Source of the DNA: Chloroflexota bacterium
Lineage (GTDB): Bacteria > Chloroflexota > Limnocylindria > Limnocylindrales > CSP1-4
Assembly (NCBI GenBank): GCA_016191345.1
Contig: JACPOU010000053.1
Location: 899-64,898, forward strand
Direction: 5' to 3'
Length of the DNA: 64,000 nt
Part shown: positions 1-9,989 of the stretch, one piece after another
Layout of the letters: each line of letters begins with the position of its first letter
Numbering within the stretch: position 1 is the first letter of the stretch
Notes under the pieces: model-generated
Databases searched by the model: none
What the model saw: only the letters and a program-made list of their open reading frames with translations
Told to the model about the DNA's origin: nothing
Position numbers and translations under genes: made by a program

Positions 1-286
1 CGGCCATCCCGGACGACGCCACGACCGCGTCCTCGGCGCCTTCGATCGACGCAACCTTCTCCTCGAGGGCGCGGTTCGTGGGGTTGCTCGTCCGCGAGTA
101 GAAGTAGGCCCCCGGCTCCCAGGCGAGCGACCGATCGACCGCATCCTCCTTCTCCGCCGCCGAGTCGAAGGCGAACGTCGAGGAGAGGTAGATGGGCGGG
201 TTGAGGGCGTGGGTCACGGGATCCGGACGCTCGCCGGCGTGGATGGAACGCGTGGCAAAGCCACGGCCGTCGGTTCGATCGCGCAT
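1..286 (-). CDS. PLP-dependent Cys/Met-metabolism (trans-sulfuration) enzyme, N-terminal fragment truncated by window edge
   Basis: Manual minus-strand translation from ATG (284-286): MRDRTDGRGFATRSIHAGERPDPVTHALNPPIYLSSTFAFDS...YFYSRTSNPTNRALEEKVASIEGAEDAVVASSGMA. This is a typical N-terminus of O-acetylhomoserine sulfhydrylase / cystathionine gamma-synthase family proteins. It is absent from the ORF track because it runs off the window. Confidence 0.7.
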   Translation of the reverse strand, partial: MRDRTDGRGFATRSIHAGERPDPVTHALNPPIYLSSTFAFDSAAEKEDAVDRSLAWEPGAYFYSRTSNPTNRALEEKVASIEGAEDAVVASSGMA

Positions 287-321
287 CGCGCCAGTCTAGG
301 GCGAGGACGGGCGGCGGCGGC

Positions 322-593
322 CTACGGCAGCGCGAAGCCCGCGACGACGAGGGCGAAGCCGAGGACGGCGATCAGCGCTCCGTTGCGCGCCTGGGCCCGG
401 AGCACGTCCATGGCCACGGATGCGCCGGTCGGCCCATCGTCGCGAAGTCCTCCCCGCCAGGCCTCGTAGCGCGCGACGTTGGCGTCCTGTTCCTTCAGCG
501 CCTGGTAGCGGGCCCACGGGCCGCGAGCTCGGGTGTACCCGATCGCGATGAGCACGACGCCGGCGATCCAGAGCGCGATGTTGAGCATCCCCA

Positions 594-594
<1 letters not shown>
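322..594 (-). CDS. small hypothetical membrane protein (90 aa, two hydrophobic helices)
   Basis: C-terminal part of ORF 322..1197: MGMLNIALWIAGVVLIAIGY...NGALIAVLGFALVVAGFALP. Its ATG shares one base with the gatB stop (TGATG at 592-596). The upstream part of the long ORF is a shadow frame of gatB. Confidence 0.55.
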
Positions 595-2105
<1,511 letters not shown>

Positions 2106-2127
2106 GCCAGTCAGTGTCGCATCCCGG

Positions 2128-5007
2128 TCAGTCGGCGAGGGCGAGGGCGACGGCATCCTTGACCGACAGCACTCGGCCGGCCGCCGTTGCCGCCTGGAAC
2201 TCGGCCGGTGTCATCGCCTCGCGAAGCCGGGCCCCGTGCGCCTTGAACTCGGGCTCCTCGTCGAAGGCCATGGCCGCGCTCGCCGCTTCCCGGATCGCAG
2301 CTGCCGCACCAAGAAGGCGGGCCGCCCGGTCGTACCGGGCCTGGTCGATGGCAACATAGGCGATGTTCTCGAGCTGGTTCGCGATCGCGCCACGGTGTCC
2401 GAAGTGCACCCACCCGCCGATCGTCTCGCGGTACGCCGCCATCGCCTCGCGGAGCCGGCCGCCGCGGCGCAACGCATGACCGAGGTCGCTCCTTGACGCC
2501 AGGGTCATGCGTTGATCACCCAGCTCCATGAACCGCTCGATCGCGACGCCGAGCGCGGCCACGGCAGCGTCGGTGTCGCCCAGTCGGCCCAAGGCCCGGC
2601 CCTGGGCCATGGCCGCCGAGCCCTCCGCGAACGGGCTCCCGGAGCGGCCCGCCGCCGCGATCCCGCTCTCGATGAGGGCAAGCCCCGCGTCGGGGTCGAA
2701 GCCGCTGATGCTGGCGCCGGCGAACGACTGGGCCAGGGCGACCAGCCACCACTCCTCCGCCGCCTCGGCCAGCCGCGCGACCGCCTCGAAGTGCGTCCGG
2801 GCATCGACGCCCCGTTCGCCTGCCTGGCCGGCGAAGATCATGGACACGGCTGTGCCGCCGTGGGCGTAGAGCAGGGCCGCGGGGTCGCCACTCCCTTCGG
2901 CGAGCGTCAGCGCATCCCGGGCCCAGATCCGGGCGATGTGCTCGCGTCCGGAGCTGCCCCACAGGCGGGCCGCCTCGCCAAGCAGCCGCGCGACGAGCGC
3001 CTGGTCGTCGGCGGGCATGCTCGTCGGGTCCATCACGCTCCGGCGAGCGATCTCGATCGCAGCAACGATGCGTGCGTCGTTGTCCTGGGACATGACCCGG
3101 GAGCTCCAGTACGCGAGCAGGGCCGCCGCCATGCGAACGGCGTCCCATGGCGCGGCTTCAAGGCCCCACTCGAGCGCTGCCACGAGGTTCTCCTGCTCCC
3201 CATCGAGCCGATCGAGCCAGTCAACCACCCGCGGCCCGCGGAGCGGTCGCTCACTGGCGATGGCGAGGGCCGAAAAGACGGCAAAGTGCCGATCGGCAAC
3301 GTCGGCGACCTCGCCGGCGGCGATGAGCTGCTCGCGGGAGTACTGCCGGATCGTCTCCAACATCCGGTACCGGGTGATGACACCACGATCCACCAGGACG
3401 AGAGACCGGTCGACGAGCCGCGTGAGGCCGTCGACGACCTCGATCTCGTCCGGCGCCGGGCCAGCACCGCCCACAACGGCGGCGGCGGTCGTCGCCGTCC
3501 AGCCGCCCGCAAAGACCGACAGGCGTCGCATGAGCTGGCGGTCGGCATCGGTCAGGAGGTCCCAGCTCCAGTCGATGAGGGCATGCAAGGTCTGCTGCCG
3601 AGGCACGGCCGTTCGCCGTCCGCCCGCCAGCAGCCGGAAGCGGTCGCCGAGACGCTTCGCGATGTCGTCCGGCGACATCGCCGACGCCCGGGCGGCCGCG
3701 AGCTCGATCGCGAGCGGGATGCCATCGAGGCGTCGGCAGATCTCCGAAATCGGGCCGACGTTGCCCTTCTCCAGAGTGAACATGGGGTCGACGGCGCGCG
3801 CCCGCTCGACGAAGAGCCTGACCGCCTCCGTGCCCGCTGCCGCATCCAGGTCCGGAGCCTCGTCGTCAAGGCCCCCCAGCGGGTTCGACGGGCTGGCCGG
3901 GCAGGAGAGCGACTGCAGTTGGAGGACCGCCTCCCCGGGGACGGTGAGCGCCTCGCGGCTCGTTGCGAGAATCCGCAGGCGAGGCGCCGCGGCGAGGAGT
4001 CGTTCGGCCACCGTGGCGACCCCATCGACGAGGTGCTCCGCATTGTCCAGGAGGAGTAGCAGTTCCTTGTCCGCCAGGAACGTGGCCAGAACCGCCATGG
4101 TCGGGATGCCGGCGACTTCCGGCGCACCCAGGGCACGGGCCACCTCGGACGGGACCTGGAGAGCATCGGTGAGCGGCGCGAGCTCCGCCAGCCATGCACC
4201 GTCCGGGAAGCTGTCCGCGACGTGGCCGGCCACCTCGATCATGAGCCGGGTCTTGCCGGTTCCACCGACCCCGATGAGCGTCACCAGCCGATGACGCGCA
4301 AGGAGTGCCTGGAGCTCGGCCACCTCGCGCTCGCGACCCACGAAGCTGGTGAGTTGCAGCGGGAGGTTGGAGCGTCGTGTGCTCAGCGATCGAAGAGGCG
4401 CGTACTCGCGCGGCAGGTCCGGGACATCCAGCTGGAAGACCTGCTCCGGCCGGTCCAGGTCGCGGAGCCGGTGGGAGCCCAGATCGCGCAGATCCACGGA
4501 TGCCGGGAGCTGGTCGCGGGCCAGCACGGCGGCCGTCGCAGACAGCAGGACCTGCCCGCCGTGGCCGATCGCGAGGATCCGGGCGGCCCGGTTCAGCGCC
4601 GGTCCGAAGTAGTCGCCGTCGCGCGCCTCGGCCGGACCCACGTGGATCGCCATCCGGACCCGCAGTGGGCCGGTGGGCCCCCACTCCATGTCGCGCAGGC
4701 CCCGCTGCGCCGCGAGTGCAGCCCCAATCGCCGCGATTGGATCGTCGAAGATGGCGAGCAGGCCATCGCCCATGGTCTTGACGACGATCCCGTGATGGCC
4801 CTCCACGGCGGAACGGAGGACGCGGTCATGCAGGGCGAGCGCCGGGCCCATCGCTGCCGACTGTTCCTCCCAGAGGCGCGTGCTGCCTTCGATGTCCGTG
4901 ATGAGGAAGCTCGACGGTGGCGCGGAGATCCCCGGCCGGTCATCCGGAAGCGTCGCCCCGCGGTTGGCGAGCGGCGTCACAGGAGCCGTCCGAACGGATG
5001 GATGCAT
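2128..5007 (-). CDS. class III adenylate/guanylate cyclase domain fused to a STAND-type P-loop NTPase and TPR-like repeats (959 aa)
   Basis: ORF 2128..5460. The start is set at MHPSVRT (ATG 5005-5007) because sequence upstream overlaps the aminotransferase gene. Cyclase motifs: FLITDIEGSTRLW, VVKTMGDGLLAIF, GDYFGPALNRAARI. Walker A: LIGVGGTGKTRL. The long helical C-terminus is TPR-like (LGDTDAAVAALGVAIERFMELGD..., YRETIGGW...). No HTH domain is present. Confidence 0.85.
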   Translation of the reverse strand: MHPSVRTAPVTPLANRGATLPDDRPGISAPPSSFLITDIEGSTRLWEEQSAAMGPALALHDRVLRSAVEGHHGIVVKTMGDGLLAIFDDPIAAIGAALAAQRGLRDMEWGPTGPLRVRMAIHVGPAEARDGDYFGPALNRAARILAIGHGGQVLLSATAAVLARDQLPASVDLRDLGSHRLRDLDRPEQVFQLDVPDLPREYAPLRSLSTRRSNLPLQLTSFVGREREVAELQALLARHRLVTLIGVGGTGKTRLMIEVAGHVADSFPDGAWLAELAPLTDALQVPSEVARALGAPEVAGIPTMAVLATFLADKELLLLLDNAEHLVDGVATVAERLLAAAPRLRILATSREALTVPGEAVLQLQSLSCPASPSNPLGGLDDEAPDLDAAAGTEAVRLFVERARAVDPMFTLEKGNVGPISEICRRLDGIPLAIELAAARASAMSPDDIAKRLGDRFRLLAGGRRTAVPRQQTLHALIDWSWDLLTDADRQLMRRLSVFAGGWTATTAAAVVGGAGPAPDEIEVVDGLTRLVDRSLVLVDRGVITRYRMLETIRQYSREQLIAAGEVADVADRHFAVFSALAIASERPLRGPRVVDWLDRLDGEQENLVAALEWGLEAAPWDAVRMAAALLAYWSSRVMSQDNDARIVAAIEIARRSVMDPTSMPADDQALVARLLGEAARLWGSSGREHIARIWARDALTLAEGSGDPAALLYAHGGTAVSMIFAGQAGERGVDARTHFEAVARLAEAAEEWWLVALAQSFAGASISGFDPDAGLALIESGIAAAGRSGSPFAEGSAAMAQGRALGRLGDTDAAVAALGVAIERFMELGDQRMTLASRSDLGHALRRGGRLREAMAAYRETIGGWVHFGHRGAIANQLENIAYVAIDQARYDRAARLLGAAAAIREAASAAMAFDEEPEFKAHGARLREAMTPAEFQAATAAGRVLSVKDAVALALAD

Positions 5008-5011
5008 CCGG

Positions 5012-6214
5012 TCAGGGCTGCGCGACGCGCTGCCGATCGACGAACCGCCCGATCCGTACGAGCGCCTCCTCGAGCTTCTCGTAGCTGGTCGCGTAGCAGG
5101 CCCGGACATGGCCCTCGCCCGACGGGCCGAACGCGCCGCCCGGCACGACGGCCACGTGCTCCTCCTCGAGCAGGCGCCGGGCAAAGGTCTCGGAATCGAG
5201 CCCGGTGGACGTGATGCGCGGGAAGGCATAGAAGGCGCCCCGTGGCTCGAACGTCTCGAGCCCGATGGCATTGAAGCCGTCGACGACGAGGCGGCGACGA
5301 CGGTCGTACTCGGCGAGCATCCGCTCCACGTCCGGCTCGCCTTCGACGAGCGCCACGAGTGCCGCGTCCTGGGCGACGGTGGGCGCGGACATGATCCCGT
5401 ACTGGTGAACCTTGACGATGCCCTCGAGGATCCCGGCCGGGGCCGCGAGCCAGCCGACACGCCAGCCGGTCATCGCGTACGCCTTCGAGAAGCCGCCCAT
5501 GAGGATCGTCCGGTCGCGCATTCCCGGCAGGGACGAGAACGCGCGATGCGTGTAGCTGCCGTACGCGAGCCGGTCGTAGATCTCGTCGCTGTAGACGAGC
5601 AGGTCGTGGCGGACGGCGATCTCGGCGAGCGCATCCTGGATCTCCGGCGTGAGCACCGCGCCGGTCGGGTTGCAGGGGTAGCCCAGGAAGAGCGCCTTTG
5701 TCCGGGGCGTGATCGCCGCCTCCACGGCGGCCGGGTCAAGCGCGAAGTCGTCGTCGAAGCGGGTCGCGACGTGGACGGCGGTGCCGCCCGCGAACACGAT
5801 CGCCGGCTCGTAGGCCACGTACGACGGCTCGTGGAGGATGACCTCATCGCCCGGGTCGCAGGTCGCGCGGAGGGCGAGGTCCACCGCCTCCGACGCGCCC
5901 ACGGTGATGAGCAGCTCCTTCGCCGGGTCGTAGGCGACGCCGTAGCGGGCCTCCAGGTGGCGGGCCAGCGCACGGCGCAGCTCCACCGTCCCGTAGTTCG
6001 AGGTGTAGTGGGTGCGCCCCTCGCGGAGCGACTCGACGCCCGCCTCCACGATGTGGCGAGGGGTGTCGAAGTCGGGCTCCCCCACCCCGAGGCTGATGAC
6101 GTCGGTCATCGTCGCGAGGATGTCGAAGAACTTCCGGATGCCCGACGGCGGGACGGCCAGCACGCGTTCCGCGAGGGCGCGTTCCGCGAGCGGCGGGCGT
6201 GCGGCCGCGGTCAT
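5012..6214 (-). CDS. class I/II pyridoxal-phosphate aminotransferase (aspartate aminotransferase-like)
   Basis: Last 400 aa of ORF 5012..7696, from MTAAARPPL: GVGEPDFDTPRHIVEAG, YPCNPTGAV, and the PLP-lysine motif GGFSKAYAMTGWRVGW. Its ATG overlaps the gatA stop (ATGA at 6211-6214). The N-terminal 494 aa of the ORF are a shadow of gatA. Confidence 0.9.
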   Translation of the reverse strand: MTAAARPPLAERALAERVLAVPPSGIRKFFDILATMTDVISLGVGEPDFDTPRHIVEAGVESLREGRTHYTSNYGTVELRRALARHLEARYGVAYDPAKELLITVGASEAVDLALRATCDPGDEVILHEPSYVAYEPAIVFAGGTAVHVATRFDDDFALDPAAVEAAITPRTKALFLGYPCNPTGAVLTPEIQDALAEIAVRHDLLVYSDEIYDRLAYGSYTHRAFSSLPGMRDRTILMGGFSKAYAMTGWRVGWLAAPAGILEGIVKVHQYGIMSAPTVAQDAALVALVEGEPDVERMLAEYDRRRRLVVDGFNAIGLETFEPRGAFYAFPRITSTGLDSETFARRLLEEEHVAVVPGGAFGPSGEGHVRACYATSYEKLEEALVRIGRFVDRQRVAQP

Positions 6215-7830
6215 CGGGCGGCTCCGGGGGCGAGGGCGGCTCCGGCCGCGAGGCGGGCCGCGCGTTCGCCGGGCGTCGGCCCGGACGCGGCGTCCGCGTC
6301 GGCGATGCCGGCCGGCTCCAGCCCGCGCCAGGCCGCACCAGCGGTCAGCGCCTCGAACGCCCGGGCGGCGCGGAACAGCATCAGCTCGCTCCACGCCGGC
6401 CCGATGAGCTGGAGCCCCACCGGGAGTCCCTCCGACAGCCCGCACGGAATCGAGATTCCGGGGAGTCCGGCCATGTTCACCGGCAGGGTGCAGGCGTCGG
6501 AGAGGTACATCGAGACCGGATCCGCCGTCTTCGATCCGAAGGGGAAGGCGACGGATGGCGACGTGGGGGCCACGAGCGCATCGAAGCCCGCCGCGAACGC
6601 CTCGTCGAAGTCCCGCTTGATGAGCGTCCTGACCTTCTGGGCCTTCACGTAGAAGGCGTCGTAGTAGCCCGCCGAGAGCGCGTACGTCCCGAGCATGATG
6701 CGGCGCTTGACCTCCGCCCCGAAGCCCTCGCCGCGGGTGGCGAGGTAGTCGGCGATGAAGTCTGCGCCGTCGAGGCGCACCGAGTGGCCGTAGCGGATCC
6801 CGTCGTAGCGGGCCAGATTCGCGGAGGCCTCGGCGGGGGCGGTGATGTAGTAGGTGGCGAGCCCGTAGTCCGTGTGCGGCAGGCTCACCTCGTCCACCGT
6901 CGCCCCGGCGTTCTCGAGGAAGGCGACGCTCTCCCGGATCCGCCGCTCGACGTCCGGGTCCATGCCCGCGACGAAGTACTCCCGCGGCAGCCCGAACCGC
7001 CGGCCGCGGAGCCAGGCGGCCGCCTCGTCGTCGTCTGCCGGGAGATCCAGGAGCTCGGCCTCGACGGGGATCGGCGCGGACGTCGAGTCGCGCGCGTCCC
7101 GGCCGGCGATCGCATGGAGCAGCGCGGCCGCGTCCCGGACGTCGCGGGCGAACGGCCCGATCTGGTCCAGCGAGCTGGCGAAGGCGACGATTCCGTAGCG
7201 GCTGACCCGGCCGTACGTCGGCTTCATCCCCACGATCCCGCAGAGGGCCGCCGGCTGGCGGATGGACCCGCCCGTGTCCGTGCCGAGGCTGAGCGGGACG
7301 TGGTGGGCCGCGACCGCGGCCGCGGAACCGCCGCTCGAGCCGCCCGGCACCGTATCCAGGTCCCACGGGTTGCTCACCGGTCCGTACGCCGAGAACTCGT
7401 TCGACGAGCCCATCGCGAACTCGTCCATGTTCGTCTTGCCGAGGAACACCGCGCCCGCCTCGCGGAGCCGCTCCACGATGTGGGCATCGTAGGGGGCGCG
7501 GTAGCCCTCCAGGATCCGGGATCCGGCCGTGCACTGGCCGCCCTCGACGGAGATGAGGTCCTTCAGGCCGACGGGGATGCCGTGGAGCGGGTGGAGGGCG
7601 TGGAGCGCGACGGTTCCCGCGCGGCGTGCGGACGTGAGCGTGGCATCCGCGGCGTCGGCCTGGAGCAGGGCGGCCTCGCGATCGATCACCAGCCATGCGT
7701 TCAGGGCGTGGTTCTGGCGCTCCGCGAGGTCGAGGTGCGCCGTCGCGAGCTCACGGGCCGTCGTCTCGCCGGCGCGCAATGCGGCGGCCATCTCGTGGGC
7801 GAGCAGGCGCGTGACGTCGGCGGCGGCCAT
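6211..7830 (-). CDS. gatA: Glu-tRNA(Gln)/Asp-tRNA(Asn) amidotransferase subunit A
   Basis: ORF 6211..8523, start set at MAAADVTRLLAHEM (ATG 7828-7830). Amidase signature: GIPVGLKDLI, GKTNMDEFAMGSS, GGSSGGSAAAVAA, GTDTGGSIRQPAALCG. Confidence 0.95.
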   Translation of the reverse strand: MAAADVTRLLAHEMAAALRAGETTARELATAHLDLAERQNHALNAWLVIDREAALLQADAADATLTSARRAGTVALHALHPLHGIPVGLKDLISVEGGQCTAGSRILEGYRAPYDAHIVERLREAGAVFLGKTNMDEFAMGSSNEFSAYGPVSNPWDLDTVPGGSSGGSAAAVAAHHVPLSLGTDTGGSIRQPAALCGIVGMKPTYGRVSRYGIVAFASSLDQIGPFARDVRDAAALLHAIAGRDARDSTSAPIPVEAELLDLPADDDEAAAWLRGRRFGLPREYFVAGMDPDVERRIRESVAFLENAGATVDEVSLPHTDYGLATYYITAPAEASANLARYDGIRYGHSVRLDGADFIADYLATRGEGFGAEVKRRIMLGTYALSAGYYDAFYVKAQKVRTLIKRDFDEAFAAGFDALVAPTSPSVAFPFGSKTADPVSMYLSDACTLPVNMAGLPGISIPCGLSEGLPVGLQLIGPAWSELMLFRAARAFEALTAGAAWRGLEPAGIADADAASGPTPGERAARLAAGAALAPGAAR

Positions 7831-7841
7831 CCGCGACCCGC

Positions 7842-8147
7842 TCAGGAGGCGTCGCCGCCGAGGATCGGCGGCACGACGATGTAGTCGCCTTCGTGGGCCG
7901 GCGCGTTGGCGAGGACGCGGTCCTGCGGCAGGGACGGCGTCGCGACGTCGTCGCGGAGGATGTTCTCGAGCTCGATCGTCTGGGCCGTCGGCGGGATCGC
8001 ATCGGTGTCCAGCTCGGCGAGCTTCGCGTACCGATCGAGGATCTGGTTGAGCTGGCCCTCGAGGCGGTCGAGCTCGGCCGGGGTCATCCCGAGGCGCGCC
8101 AGGTGCGCCACGTGCTCGACGTCGGATCGGGAGAGGGCGGCCACCAC
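7842..8147 (-). CDS. gatC: Asp/Glu-tRNA amidotransferase subunit C
   Basis: 101-aa ORF: SRSDVEHVAHLARLGMTPAELDRLEGQLNQILDRYAKLAELDTDAIPPT. It sits 11 nt upstream of gatA. Confidence 0.9.
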   Translation of the reverse strand: MVAALSRSDVEHVAHLARLGMTPAELDRLEGQLNQILDRYAKLAELDTDAIPPTAQTIELENILRDDVATPSLPQDRVLANAPAHEGDYIVVPPILGGDAS

Positions 8148-8191
8148 CGGATGATAGCCGAGGCCCGCCCGGATCCCGGTACGATCGAGGG

Positions 8192-9058
8192 GTGAGCCCC
8201 TCCCGCACGGTCCCGACGATCCGGCCGATGCTCCCCGCGGACGTGGAGCCCGCCACGGCGGCGCTCCTCCGCGCCGACTGGGGCGACCGGCGGACGTGGT
8301 TCGACTTCGCGACGAGCCAGGCCGAGTGCCGGCCGGTCGTCGCGGTCGCCGGCGGCAAGATCGTGGGCACGGGCGTGGGGACGGCGAACGGCCCGGTCGG
8401 CTGGGTCGGGACGATCTGGGTGGATCCGGCCCATCGGGGCGCGGGTCTCGGGCGGCTCCTGACGGGGGCGGTCATCGAGGCTCTCGAGGCCGCCGGATGC
8501 CGGACGCTGCTCCTGGTCGCCACGGACGAGGGACGGCCGCTCTACGAGCGGATGGGCTTCGAGCTCCAGGCGTCGTACCGGATCCTCGAGGCGCCGGGGC
8601 TCGGGGCAGGTGCGCCGTCCGCGGTGGCGGCGCCGGACGGCTCCGGTGTCCGCCCCTTCGAGGCGGGCGACCTCGCGCCGATCCTCGCCCTGGACCGAAG
8701 GGCCACCGGCGAGGATCGCGGCCACGCCATCGGCCGGTTCGCGGCGCCTGACACGACGAGGGTCCTCGCCCGGGACGGCGCCGTTGCCGGGTTCGTCATC
8801 CGGGCGCCGTGGGGCGGCGGCGCGACGATCGCCGCGGACCCGGCGGACGCGATGCGGATCCTCGACGCGCGGCGACGTTCCAGCGGTCCCGGCGGGCGCG
8901 TCCGGGTCGGCATCCTCGACCGGAACCTCGCCGGCCTCGCTACCCTGGAGGCGGCCGGCCTGGCCCCGATCTGGTCCGCGCCGCGGCTCGTCCGCGGCGA
9001 GCCGCTCGAGTGGAACCCGGACTGGATCTGGGGCCAGTTCAACCACGCCATCGGCTGA
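8192..9058 (+). CDS. GNAT family N-acetyltransferase (two-domain, YitH-like)
   Basis: 288-aa ORF with GTG start. Acetyl-CoA binding motif: IWVDPAHRGAGLGRLLTGAVIEAL...PLYERMGF. Divergent from gatC. Confidence 0.8.
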   Translation: MSPSRTVPTIRPMLPADVEPATAALLRADWGDRRTWFDFATSQAECRPVVAVAGGKIVGTGVGTANGPVGWVGTIWVDPAHRGAGLGRLLTGAVIEALEAAGCRTLLLVATDEGRPLYERMGFELQASYRILEAPGLGAGAPSAVAAPDGSGVRPFEAGDLAPILALDRRATGEDRGHAIGRFAAPDTTRVLARDGAVAGFVIRAPWGGGATIAADPADAMRILDARRRSSGPGGRVRVGILDRNLAGLATLEAAGLAPIWSAPRLVRGEPLEWNPDWIWGQFNHAIG

Positions 9059-9197
9059 TCAGGGGAGCCGCCCTGAGCCCTCTGCGTGCCGCCGGACGAA
9101 AGTCCTGCCGCGGGCGCTCCGGCCGGGTGATGGTGCGCGACCGCGCCGCGGGCGATGCTCACGCCATCACACCCCACCCCGATTCCGAGGCGCCCCG

Positions 9198-9725
9198 GTG
9201 ACCATCCTGACCGCCTGCCTGTCCTGTGGCACGCCCGCGCGGTCCGCGGCGAGCACCTTCTGCGGTCGATGCGGCCGGCCCTTCGGAGCCCCGCCGCCGG
9301 CCCACGTCGAGCTGCCGGCCTGCCCGGTCTGCTACCGCTCCGCAGACGACGACGGCCGATTCCCGAGCGCCTCCCTCCCCGGCCTCCGGCTTGACCTGCC
9401 GCGCCACGTTGGGGAGCACGACCGCCACCCCGTCGGTGACGACGACCACCTCGAATCGCTGCGCGAGGGCTCCCGGATCCGGATCGGCCGGTGGAGCGCC
9501 CCGTTCGACCTCGTGCGGCGCTACCTCGTGACCGGCTCCCTCGACGGCGGCCGGCGCCGCCAGTTCGAGCACGATCTCATCGTCACGGCCATGACCCAGC
9601 TCGCCCGCTTCGGGCCGGACGCGGTGATCCTCGGCGACCAGCCTGAGTGGCGGGCCGCCCGCGACGCGGTCGCCGAGCTGATGGACCGCTACCACCGGGG
9701 CGCCGCGGTTCGCCGTCTCGCGTAG
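9198..9725 (+). CDS. hypothetical protein with N-terminal zinc-ribbon (CxxC x12 CxxC, then CPVC)
   Basis: In-frame GTG at 9198 within ORF 8610..9725: VTILTACLSCGTPARSAASTFCGRCGRPF...CPVCYRS. Third codon positions are strongly G/C-biased. The upstream part of the ORF overlaps the GNAT gene in another frame. I recognise no family. Confidence 0.55.
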   Translation: MTILTACLSCGTPARSAASTFCGRCGRPFGAPPPAHVELPACPVCYRSADDDGRFPSASLPGLRLDLPRHVGEHDRHPVGDDDHLESLREGSRIRIGRWSAPFDLVRRYLVTGSLDGGRRRQFEHDLIVTAMTQLARFGPDAVILGDQPEWRAARDAVAELMDRYHRGAAVRRLA

Positions 9726-9766
9726 CCCCGAACTCGCCGCGCACGGCGCCGGCTCGCCACCGCCGC

Positions 9767-9850
9767 CCGGCACCATCCATCAGGTAGCACGGGCCGTGCT
9801 TGCTGCCGCCGTCCGGCACCACCCGTACATCAGGCAGCACGGGCCGTGCT
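9767..9850. repeat. two copies of a ~34-38-bp direct repeat, each ending in the palindrome AGCACGG-G-CCGTGCT
   Basis: 9767-9800 ccggcaccatccatcaggtagcacgggccgtgct and 9813-9850 ccggcaccacccgtacatcaggcagcacgggccgtgct. They lie between convergent genes (Zn-ribbon protein + strand, LLM oxidoreductase - strand). Confidence 0.8.
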
Positions 9851-9989
9851 CAGTTCGCGCCGACGACGTTCACCCCGGCTCCCGCGCCGGCTCCTGCGCC
9901 GCCTGACCTCTTGCGCGGGGTGGTCCGCTTCGTTGCCTGCTCGTGCAAGGTGGCGATCCGGTACACGTCGGTCTCCCGGATCAGGCTCG

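Noticed and set aside
5012-7696. 894-aa ORF suggesting a large fusion protein (likewise 6211..8523, 22674..24653, 37134..39005, 39886..43095, 56307..57887)
   Set aside because: Only the C-terminal part of each is a real protein. The N-terminal extensions run through the upstream gene in another frame and are low-complexity. The true starts coincide with ATGA/GTGA overlaps or short gaps.
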